A stretch of 64,000 bases of DNA from positions 692,490-756,489 of the forward strand of contig MU053379.1 of NCBI GenBank assembly GCA_013239625.1. Reading direction: 5' to 3'. Shown in pieces: positions 47,601 to 59,600 of this stretch. Source of the stretch: Lama guanicoe. Its lineage: Eukaryota. Each line of letters begins with the position of its first letter. Position 1 is the stretch's first letter. Made by a program: the position numbers and the translations under genes. The notes under the pieces were generated by a model that did no database searches, had not been told where the DNA came from, and saw only the letters and a list, made by a program, of their open reading frames with translations.

Positions 47601-50600
47601 CGTCCCCGCCCGCCTCACCGTCTCGGCCAGGATGGTGCGGTACTGGTCACACTCGGCCTGCAGGCTGCTCTGCGTCTCCTCCGCCTCCCTGAGCTTGGAG
47701 GCCAGGTCCTAAGGGCAGAGGGCAGAACAGGGAGCTGGTGAGCCAAACCCAAGGGATTCTCCCGGCTGCTGGCTGACTGGCTCCAGGTACCCTCCATCCC
47801 GGGGACCAGGGAGGGCGCCTGTGGCCCCGCACTCACCAAGGGCTCTGGGTTCGCTGGCGGCGGTTTCAGCAGCTCAGGGCCTTTCTCTTTGAGCTCCTGC
47901 AGCCATTCGGAATAATTCTGCACAGAAATGTTTCGGGTTGGGCCCGGACGTTCCCCATGTGCAGTGCAAATGGGGCCCCCGGGAGCTGCCTCCCCTCCTA
48001 CCTGGTGGGCCGAGTCGGAAAGCGCCGGGAGCAGGGCCAGCAGGGCCTCCTTGGTCTGGGCCTCGGTCAGGCTGAGCTGCTTCTCCGACTCCTCCTGGAG
48101 GAAGGGTGGGGGTCAGCATGGAGCTTAGGGCAACTCCAGGGGTGTTTATCTCAGAAAGCCATCCTCAGCTCTTCAGCAGAGCGTCAAGAATTGGAGACCA
48201 GTGATGGCTCCATGTAGCCACTGGGCGGGTGGGCGGAGGTGGTAATCTCAGCAGCCAAGTTCTGGCCAGCCCAGCCCAGGCCGGGTCAACTTTAAACAGA
48301 CTGAGCTCTAAGGAAGAGGATGGAGGGCTGGCCCTCATGCCGGGTGCGGGTGCCAAGTGTGTGCACATGGAGGCGGGCAGAGAAGAGGTGCGTCTCCCAG
48401 CGGCCACGAGTCAGGAGCTTCTGCAACCCTGGGGAGGGAGGACCTGTGCTCCCACAGAGGCCGTGATCTTCGTGGGGTGGCCTGTCCAGTGCCACGTGCT
48501 GCAGCCACGCCAGCCAGAGCCCCATCCGTCCTCTGTGCTGCTCCCATTCAAAGCGAGGAGGAGCCGAAGGAGGAGGGAAGGGGCTAGAAGGCAAAGCCGA
48601 GGACAGCAGCGTCCCTGGGAACAGATAACCCTCTCCCTACACCCTAGGCGGTGGCTGCAGGAGATTCCTGGCTGAAGTCCTATCTGATAACCTGTCCCCA
48701 GCAGGCTGAACCTGCCGCGGCCCCTCACAGCCCGAGACCCCAGGGGGGCACTAGGAACTCCGACTGGGTCAGAGCCAGGAGCCATGCTCTGGAATGTGCC
48801 TATGGGGGACGGCTGACAAACGGACGCCCAGCCTGACCTCAGCACCCATGTTATCTGGCTCAAGTCTCGAGCTGATGCGCCCAGCGACCCACAGACGATG
48901 CCTATGGCCTGTCGTGGGCCGCTGACCTTGTGATCACCACTCAGGCGCCCCATCCCGAGAGTCCGAGGCAAGAGCTAGACGAGCAGAGGCCAGCTCCTGT
49001 CTTTATCTGGCTGAGTGACCGCGAGCATGTCAGGTGACACCTCTGGTCATAGCTTCTGCATATGCCATGGAAAGGCCAGGCGGGTGCCCAGGTCGCTTCT
49101 GGGGAGTCTAAGTACAGCTCCACTGCAGACCCAAGGCCAGCACCCCCTCTGCCTCTCTGGGGAACTCATCTGACACAACCCCAGGCTTCCTGGGAGGCTA
49201 GTGAAAATCCCTGCAAAGCTCACGGTAACAGGACAGACATCCCCCTGCACTGGGGGGGGGCAGGGCGGGGGCAGGACAGGGCAGGGCTGGCCCCCGGCAC
49301 CTTTCATCAGGATGGAAACGTGTGGTGAAAGGGGCTGCGAGGTCCTGCCTGCTGCCACTGCTGCCCACGTTCCGGCCGGGGCCCCAGAGGCTTCGTGGGG
49401 GCCCCAGACACCCCCGACCTGAGCCTAAGTGCTTGCTGCTCAAGGCTGTCCTTCCCCTAAGGCTCAATCAGAAAACCTCCTGGGCCTGAGAAAGCAGCAC
49501 ACCGTTCAGACGAAATATCAGGGGAGAAAACTAACATGATGACAGTCCAGGCAGACGGACCAACCAGAGCCCACTGAAGGCAGCGCCGCAGTGGGCTCGG
49601 GCCCAGCTGGTAAAAAGCAGACAAGGGCTCACTGTTCCCCTTCCCCTTAAGAACTGGGATGGGGGAGGGAGGGGGCGGAGGACACAGGAGGACGTGGGAG
49701 CCCTGGCCCTGGTGGGGATCTCCGAGGCTCCAGGCGGGTGCTGACCTTGGCCTGGGTCAGGGAGCGCAGCTTCTCCTCACAGACCCTTTCAGCCGAGGCC
49801 AGAGCCTCCATTGCCTTCCAGTTCTTCTCGCGGAGGTCCTGGGGGAGATGAGGAGACGATCAGCAGCCAGACAGGGCCGACCAGTCTCAGCAGCCTGGAA
49901 AGCCCTCTCCAACCCAGGTCTGGACCCCACAGGCCACATCCACTCAGCCTCCCCAGGGGGCCCTGGCACCTTTCAGGGAGATTTGTCTGGAGGAGGAGGG
50001 GGAGGGTCACCCGGCTCCTCAGAGAGATGAGGGTCCTAACGGCCAGCTCTGGCCCCTCTGGGCTCTGGTCCAGCCACACACAGGTGGGGGCTTCCAGAGA
50101 AGAGTCGAGGGGCAGCCGGCAAGCCCAGGCAGGCAGCCCAGGGAAAGGATGGAGCCAACTCCTGGGCACCCTCTGGAGAGGAGGGGTCTCCAACACCACC
50201 CCCCTTCTCCTGATGCCAGGTGACCACGGGATCAGCTGACCCAGGGGGAGTCAGGACTCAAGGAGGACAGTGCTCGTCATCCCCACAGGAGCCCCTTCCC
50301 TGTTCCCACATATACAGGAGGCCCTGACACTCACGTTGTTCTTCACTTTCTGCTGCTCGACCGCCTCCTTGAGCTCGGTGGCCTCCTTCTCCAGACACCA
50401 CAGCTGGGACTCCAGCTCCATGAGGCTGACAGGAGACAGTGGCATCACCACTGGGCTCCGAGGGCCTGTGGTCCCCACAGGTGCTATTTTGGAGGCCCTT
50501 CCTCTGCCCAGGCACCCAGAAGCACCCATGAGGCCAAGCCACTCAGTCACCTTCCCAACCCCCTCGCAGGACACGAGTCTCAGGGGAGACCAAGCAGCCA

Positions 50601-53600
50601 CCCCGGCCCCTCCTCTGAGGGCACAGGCCTCAGGGACCACCAGGCTGTGGGGACAGCAGAGCCAGAGCAGCCACCCCAGCCAGTGCAGGGATGGGTCCCA
50701 GCCAGTCAGTGTTTCGGGATGCCTTCCCTTCTGGTGAACTGAGCCCAGCTGCCGGGTCCTGCTCGGCCCACAGCATGTGTCGGCGGGCCCTTCCCTGCGG
50801 CCGCACCTGCCCTCAAAAGGCCTTCTCGGAGGACACGTGGCTTGAGGCCCCCCAGGGCACCGTCATCCACACACCCACTGGGTACACCCAGCTCTGGGCA
50901 GCTCCCGACAGGCCCCAGGTCCCCGCTGGGGACAGCAGGACTGTCCTTTGTCCAGAACCTAACCCCGCTGAGACCCAAAGGCTTCCCCTCAGCCTGTGCC
51001 CGGGCTCCAAGGAATCAGCCTGGGAGGCCCCCGGGCAAGACACGGTCCCACCTTTCCACACCTCTCTCCAGACTCAAGGCCCAGCAGGCTTTGCCCACCC
51101 CCTCATCCAGAAGGTGGGAGATTGACACCACAACTGCACTGGCTGTTCTGAGGAACAGGCTTCAAACAGACTCTTTAATATGTCACCTTCTGTGTTAAGA
51201 TTTAGAACAGGGCAATCCCCAGGGACACATGAAATCTGAAGTCCAGAAGCCATTATGACCAAACAACTCCAGCATGGGCTGTGCGAGCTGTCCCGACACC
51301 CGCCACAGCACCACCTCACTTTTACTCTAAATACAGCTTGCATCTGGCCTTGCAAACGGTTGTTGACTTCTTGGATGTTGGTTTCAGGCCACAGAACTTG
51401 ACCCCACCCTCGAAGCTCCACTGGGACCCCTCTCAGTTTCTCCCTCAAGCTGCCCACATCGTGCAGCCGCCAGCCTCTGCAAACCCCTGCAGGAGCATCC
51501 ACAAAGGCACAGGGCCCTGAGGAAGAGGACACAGCAGGCCAGTGGCAAGGACACTGCCCCCCTTGGTTGACCATCACCCCCTTGGTGGCCACTGCCCAAG
51601 TTCCAGAACGTCTGGGGCTAGATTACTCATCTCCAGCCTACAACAAGCCAGTCTGGCCTAGACGCAACTTTCAGATAAACAGTCTGAGGAGGAAATTTTT
51701 AAAACCCCTAATTTCTGCCAAAGACATCTGTATGATACAAAAAAACTAGAATCAGCCTGATCTGCACATGACTTAAGTACCTAGTAATCAGCTGTGTGGT
51801 CCAAGAATCTGATCTTAAAACACAAGAGGAAAAACCTAAACAAACACAGCCTTCTACCCCCACAAATAACCCGAGAAACAAAGTTTTCCCAAGCTTTCTG
51901 GAAAGGCATATGGAGAGGGTTTGCTTTTGAGTCTCCTGCAAGGCACTCTGGGGCCTCTGAGAATCTGATTTCCTTCCCCAGCCCCCAAACCTGAGCCTGA
52001 GGCCAGAGATCATGGGCCGTGGCCTGGGGAGGCACCCGGGAGGTGACTCACTGGTGGCAGCAGCCAGAACAAGGGAACCCCGTCAGTGGACGGCCCAGGA
52101 CACGACCGACCACCTGCACACCTCACCTCATGTGGCTGCCCCATGGACCCCTGGCCACGGCAGCCAGGACCACCCCAAGCCTGTGGGCATCTGCTGAGGG
52201 ACACACACGCTGGAGGTGACGGTGCCCAGGACTCTAGCACCCAAGCCTGAGGCGCCCTGAGGCGCCCTACCCAGCTGTGGGCTCCGTCTCAGCAGCGGCA
52301 AATGCAGTCCAAGCAACCACCAAGCCTGGGGCTGGGCCGCTGAAGTCACCTCCCGCCACCCCTGCAAACTGATCGGCTCTGAACGGCATCACATCCCAAT
52401 CTGTGCAAAGAGCCCGCGTAACCTCCCAGCTTCTCCATCCTGGGTGTGCAGCCACTTTCCCGTTTGAATTATGACCTCAGTCCCTAAAGTCCGTCGCCTT
52501 GTAGACCTAGAGAGAACTCCCTGACCGCCAGTCCTTCCCGTGGAGATAAGGATGGACGGATGGATGGACAGGCAGCAGGGGGCCTGCCCCCTGCCGCCAA
52601 GACGCCAGCCATTCCTCAGGCAGCCAAGCTCCTCAGAGGCAGGGAGCTCTTTGCAAGGCTTCTTTCCTGCCCAGCCTGCCCTGGTCCTCGAGGTGACTGG
52701 AGGGACGGGGAAAGGCAGGGCCTGCTCCCAGGGGTCCCAGGCCCGTGCCCAGGCTGCAGTCCTGCCTCCTCTTACCGGGCCTGCTGCTGGTCGGCTTCCG
52801 CTCGGCTGGCCTGGAACAAGAGACAGAGAGCCCCATGGTCACCACGAGACGCACCTGGCGCAGCAGGTCGTCAGGGCAGAGCCCCTGCACAGCGAGGGGG
52901 ACCCTAAGGCGCTCTCCCTCCCCTCCCGACGGCAGACCTGGGCATCCTGGGCCTGGCCGGCCTCCAGCAGAGCCTCGATGGAGCAGATCCTCTCCGCGAG
53001 CTGCACGTTCTCGGCCTTGGCCTCGTCGAGCTGCCCGTGCAGGCCGCGCAGCTCCTCGCACTGGCTCCTCACCTCCGCCTCCGCGGACTGCAGTTTGCTG
53101 TGCAGCTCTGGGGGGAAGGGGCGGCGAGCGGGTCGGGGCGGGGAAGGCCAGGAGGGACACCCCCACGCTGCCGCAGCCCACGCCCCGCCCGCGCTGTGCG
53201 CTCCCGACCCCGGGGCGTCTTATCAGCTGGTGGAGAAAGTGATGCCCTGGCTTCTTCTCAAGGACTCACTCGGGGAGAAGGGGACGCCCTCAGACCACTC
53301 GGGAAAACGACGGAAAGAAACCTACACAGGTTCCAGGTGCACTTTCTAAAACCTTGTCCTCCAGGTCAGCTGGCGTTAGCCGAGACTGGGGGCAGAGGGC
53401 TTCTCGGCATGTCCTTCCCCCTCGGTGACCTTCGCTGCTAAATCCCATGGCTCTGAATGTCACCACGTGTCTGTGACTCCACACAGTCCCCAAGCCCTGG
53501 CTCGGCCGGCAGCCACTTCCAAACAGAGCTCTGCCGAGGCCGCTCACACCCAGCACTGCGGCCGCCATGTCTCCTGGTCGTCTCCCACTCTGCCCCAATC

Positions 53601-56600
53601 TCTAACCCACCTTCCAGGCCTGTGAAGTCAACAGCCATCGTCTGCCAGGTCCTCACCAGCGCCTCTGTGGCTGCCTGGGCCCAGCCCTGCTGCCTCTGGC
53701 CTGAATGACCACGAGAGCCCCATCCCTGGTCCCCAGGCCACCCCTGCCCCTCAGTCCTTTCTCCACCCAGCGCCAGAGCAGCTGCAAGTGCAAATGGGAT
53801 CATAGCATCCCTCTGCCCAAGCCCTGGCCCTCTCATCACTGCACACAGCGCCCAAACTCTTCACAAGAGGCCCACCCGGCCCTGCCCATCTGGCCCCACA
53901 CTAGCCTCCGCCTTCTTCCCCTCGTTGACCTTCTGTGTCTGTTTCTTGCACAGGCCAAGTTCAAGTTCCTCCCTATTCTCAGGGGCTCCATGCTGGCCAC
54001 TTCTGCCCTTTCTGTTCTTTGTGAGGCCAGCCCCTTCCCATCACCCAGACCTTGTCTGAAACATCCCTTTCTCAGCAGGGAGGTCTCCCCTGACCACCCA
54101 ATCTAAAGCCACACCTGGCCCATTATAGCAGGAGGCAGCAGACCAGGCCCGTGGGCCACCGCTGGCCCACCACCCATGTTTGTAAATAAAGTTTTATTGG
54201 CACACAGCCAGGCCTGTCTGTCCGTCTGCTGTCCAGGGCTGCTTCTGGACTGGGGCAGCACAGCTGAGCAGTTGTGACAAACACCATCTGGCCTACAAAG
54301 CCAAAAGTGTTTACTACCTGGTCCTTCACACACCCTGCTTGCCGTCTCTAGGACCTGCTCTGGCGACATCAGCTACCTGAAGTCTGTCGAGCACAGGGCT
54401 GTTGAGCTGGTCGATGCGGACTGTCCACTGACTGTGCCATCTATCTGTCCAGCTAGAGCATGGCCCTGACCCCGCTCAGCCCCTCCCAGTTGCTCTGGAA
54501 ATACTGTTAAGCAAGTGACGGTGGAGCTGTCACTGACACCGTGCACCCTACTGCTCCAGGGGCCCTCAGTGGCCTGGACTTCGCCACCCCTCCTGATTGG
54601 GAGGATGACCTGTGAACACAGGTGATCAATAGGCCCACCTTCTAAATCTGGCCTCCTGGCTGACTTAGCTGGAAGAGCCAGAGAGGGCCAGGAGTCAGCC
54701 CGGAAGGCAGCGACTGCTCAGGAGCACCTGGGCTCCAGGTGGGGCCCACAGCAGGCGAGGTGCAAGGTGGCAGCACCTTTCACCCCCACCTCCCTCCCCG
54801 GGTCCGCCTCACAGGCTCCGCCCCTCACCCCACCTCCAGCCCTCAGGCTCCACCCCAACGTCCAGTCCTCCTGACCCCAGGCCTGACCCTGCACACCTCC
54901 AGCTTGTCCCCCGACGGGGTGCGGTCCCTGCCTGGCCGACTTCCTCGAGGGCAGAGCCAGGGATTCCCAAGCTTCCCTCGCTCGCCCCCAGGCTGGCCCG
55001 TCTAGGGGTGCTGGCCGGCTCTAGGGGTGCTGGCCCCGGCCTGGATGCTGCCCTCACCAGCCATCTGCTGCTGCTGCTCCTGGGCCTTCTCGGCGTCCGC
55101 CCGGAGGCTGGCGTGGCTGGTCTGCGAGCGGCAGAGCTCTCGGCTGACCTCGTCCAGGCGCTTCTGCAGGGCCTCCTCACTCTCCTTGTGAGACGCCTGG
55201 TGACAGGGCAGCGGGAAGAGGGCCGTGAGGATGCAGGCGGGAAGCTGGACCCTCAGCCAGCTCGGCGGTTGAGCCCGACAGAGAGCTCCTCACACCTGCC
55301 AGCCTGCACTGACGTTTACAAACCCCCTGGATTTCTCAGGCCAACTGACTAGAAAAAGCCCGGAGGCCGTATCCGCCTGACCCCTGAAGAGTGGGATCCA
55401 GGGGAAGGAGCCTCAGGTGCAGGAAGGAAAAGACCCACTTCACTGCGGCGCAGGGAGAGGCTTCCTACAACCTAACCCTCCAGCCTGACCTGGGGGTTCC
55501 CCAGATGGGTCTGTTACAGGTCACAGTTACTGGGCATTTCTGGGGAGACTGAGGCTCACTGTCAACACCACGGGGGCCAACGAGGCAGCCGCACGCCCCC
55601 GCCTCCCCCACCACTCGCGGTCAGCCGTGCCCAGAACCTCTGGCGTCAGAGGGAAAGAACGGACTCTGTGTGGCCGAGGACCCCGAGACCTGGAGGGCAG
55701 GAGGTGCTCAGTCTGGGCCTTACTGGTGGGAGCCAGGCCCAGGCCAGGCCCTTAGGAATCTCACATGTGGTGGAGATACCTGGGCACCGGAGTGGACTTT
55801 CCAGCCCAGCGGCACCAGAACCACGTGAGAGCCTTTAGCTCCATCACAGCCACGCCGCCCCCAGCGGTCCTGAACTCACTGGTCTGGCTGGTCCTACTTT
55901 ACATGAAAATCAGTAAACACCAAGTTATCCATCTCAATTCCACCCAAACGACCCAAACTTTACCTGTTCCTTTTCTCTTTTAGTCCCTTGCACACAAACG
56001 TCAGTTTGACAGTTTCCTGTTTGTCATTCTAGTCCCTTCCATAAAACAGCCCCACTGCCCCACATGCAGAAGCCTAGCTTCAGAGACTGAGCAGGAACCA
56101 GGCACACAGCCTTGCGGGTCTCCAGGATTTCCTTGTTCTCCAGAAAATTTCAAGCACAGCAGGTGTGACATCAAGGCCCCCCACAGACATGACAACTGCC
56201 CCACGCCTGTGCACCCTGCCCTGAAACAGGCCAGCTGGGGAAGCAGAACCCGTCAGGCCAGTGGACAGCAGGGCCGCTAGGCTCAGGGCCACATGGGATT
56301 TGCCCAGTGCACTTCGGGGTGGGCAGGGGGTGGGGCACAACAGTCCTCCCCCTGGAGAACAGACATCCTCCTGGGAAAACACGAGCTTCCAGGCCACATC
56401 CAGAGGCCGAGAAGGAAGAACACTCTGGCCCTGAAGCCGGAGGCTGTGTGAGCGTGCCTGGAGCCGCACGCTGCAGGTTGGGGGGGGGGAGGCTGACACT
56501 GCTCTGGGGATCCCCAGGGCTCACACCCTGGCTCTGTGTGAACCTAAGGGAGCTGCTTAACTCTGGGCCTTAAATTTCCTACTGAATAAATCACAGATAA

Positions 56601-59600
56601 CAACAGTACCTCCTCGTGAGGTTACAATGAGAATTAACTAAGTTAATGCTTATGTGAAGTTTACAACGAGCAGCACGTAAAAAGCACCCACTCAGTGGCA
56701 CCCAGCCATCACTACTAACAAGGCCAAGGTGTGCGTTCCAGCCCCAGCCCTGCCCGAGTCTCCGGCCGGCACAGACACAGCCGGGAAGGGATGAGCCAGT
56801 GCGGCCGGCCAAGCCCTGGCCTGCCGGCTGCGCAGAGGGGCTTGGTGGGCGGGATGCTCGGGCACCGAGGTGGCTGCCACCCCGACCCACCTGCAGCTGA
56901 AGGATCTGCTTCTCGAAGGCGGCTGCCTTGGCCTCCAGAGCTTTCCGCTGCTGCTCCTCCTGCCGAGCGGCCTCCGACTTCTCCATCAGCTCCTTGCTGA
57001 CCTTGCCGAGCTCCTGCCGGAGCTTCGCCAGCTCTGCATTCTGCCTGCAAGACAGTCACCAACCCCTGACTGACGGTCGAAAGAGGGTTCAAGTCAGCTC
57101 TCGGGGGCCCTGAGAGTTGCCTTGGACAATGGGGACGGCGCTCTGAGCCTTTCCTCCAGGGCACCTGCTCTTTCTTAAGCAGTTTCCCACGTCTTGGAGC
57201 CATTTCCAAAGTCCCTCTAGGTCATCAGCCATGTGAGATGTGATGTGTTTCATTGAAGATGCTGTTTTAGAAGCACGGCAGTGGAACAGCGAGCAAGGGC
57301 AAAGAGCAAAATGTGCATTAAAGCAGCCCATAGAGCCCATCCAGAGACAGCTGATTCCTCATTGCTGACCTGGGCCCAAATGAGCCCTGAGACGCGGCTG
57401 ACCTGCCTCACTGCCCTGCAGGGCCAGGGGCAGCGGCCCACTCGGGTCCGTGCACCAGACTTACTGGCCAGTTGGACCACGGCCGGGCCGAGGAGGCCAC
57501 TCGAAGCAGGAGGCTGCTGCATTTAGTGAAACACACCCCTCAACACTGCCCTAAAGCTGGGTCTCCAGACGGCAGAGGAAGTGCTGGAATGACAGAAGGA
57601 AACTTGATTGACAGGAAAAGGGGGCAGCCTTTTCCAGGGTGTGGAGGTCCCCAGCATGCTGGCCTCCTTCACTAGCACAAAAGACACCTCTTCAAGGCAG
57701 GACTGACTGTCCAGACAAGATGAAGGGGACAGACAAGGCTGTCCATAACCCGAGGAGGCAGGAAACCTGGCGAAGACCAGCTCTGCTCTGCGGGTTCATC
57801 ACCTGCACGGGGGAGGCCGCCCCAAAGCCCTCTGCAGGGCTGCACACGCCAAGATTCAAGACTGGAGGGCTCACACCAGAGCCGGACTCCACACCCTGGG
57901 GTGGGGGTGGGAGGCTGGCTGGGAGGCCCCGAGGGACTAACGTGAAGCTCGGGGGGGGGGGCCCTGGGGACACCTGTCCTACACGGCAGAGCTTCCACAG
58001 ACGGACGGCGTCAGCCACCACCCTCTCAGTGACAGGTCTCCGGGCATCAGAGCTGTCCCCAGGCTGGAGGATGCAGCAGATCCTCCACGAGAAGGAAGTC
58101 AGAGTGTCCCTCTGTCCCCACGGTCACCTGCTGCTGTGACTGCTGAGGAAACCCAGCCGCAAACCACCAAGTTGCCAACCAGCCAGGATGGAGGTGAAGA
58201 CAGGGACCTCCCAGCAGAAGGGACCAGCCGGGTGAGGGTGGCCTCAGTGGTCTGGGGGGCACACGTGTCCCTCCCAGTGCTGCGCGTGGGCAACACCCTC
58301 CCCACCTCCCAGGGTGCCTGTCCTTGCTGCTCCTGTCAATCTCCTCCAGGACGAAGAGGACGTTCCAGGGATGATGAGAACCCCAGAAAGTCCCTTCGGG
58401 ACACCCCAGGCCAAGAGAAGGCAAAGAAATGTGAATCAAGAGAAAACGCAGTGGGGCTTCCTCTGGGCCGGCCTACTGACCGGTGACGCTCAAAGCAGGG
58501 ACTTAAAACAAAGTGTCCTGTAAACAGGGGCCCCGCCTGCTCGCAGACACTCCCGAGCTCCTCAGCAGAAACGCTGAGAGCGAGCCCCGTTACCACAGCA
58601 CGGTGGCGGCAGGGGGGCCCTCCCACACAGGCGACTCCACCAGCAGGTGTCAAGGCGCTCAGGCCCACGACAGGCCCCTACACCACCCCAGGCTCTGATC
58701 CTGGACCGTCAGCTTGGCTTTGATACTCTGGGCCCAAACCAGGAGTTTTTAAAAGCTTCATGTCTAAATACTGTAAAGGTAGACATGAAAAAAATACCTG
58801 CTCTCCCAGGAAAGCAAGATGCTGACAGCATCTGAGGGGGACACAAGCAGGATGTGGCCTGGCCACGTGAGAGGACTCAGCCGCTCAGGACCAGCCCGGA
58901 GGCGGAGGGGCAGGACGGAGCCCACAGGGGAGGCAGGGAGCCCGCATCCGGCCCAGGGCCCCGAGGCACCGAGCTCACCTGCTCTCCACCTGGCTCGTGG
59001 CCTGGTTCAAGGCATCTCTCAGGATGGAGTTCTCCTGCTGCAGGCGGGCCAGCTGCGTGTTGGGGCCGTTTTCCAGCTGTTCCTGGAGAGTTCGGATCTG
59101 AAAAGTCATTGAAGGGGCATCAGAGAGCCACTCGGCCTTCAAAGAGAACCACCTCGGAAGCAAAGTGAGCGAGGTCAGCCCAGCTGACAACCCCCGGGGG
59201 GCTCTGCCTTCTCCACACAATGGGGGTGCACCCCTGAGAACAGGGGGCCTGCAAAGGGCACAGCAAAGGGCTCAGCCCGAAGCCCCAGACGTGCTGCGTG
59301 TGCTCTGCCTCTGACCGAGGTCACGGGCGGCCTGCTCTGGGACACAGCAGCCAGCCACAAGCCATAGCCTACAAATGCCCCAAGGAAGGCCCGTTTCCGG
59401 CCCTCTGACCTCCCATGGCATGGCCCACCGTGAGCAGAGTGCAGCTTGAGAAGGTAAGGCTCGGGGCTTGGACCCGTAGGTCAGCCCTCCGCTGGCCTCG
59501 GGCCCCATGCTGAGGTTTTGTGGTTTTCAGGCCTCGTTTCACGGGGTCCTCCCAACCTCGCATGGTGGAGGCGGGGCTGGCGTTACTCCAAGGTCACAGG

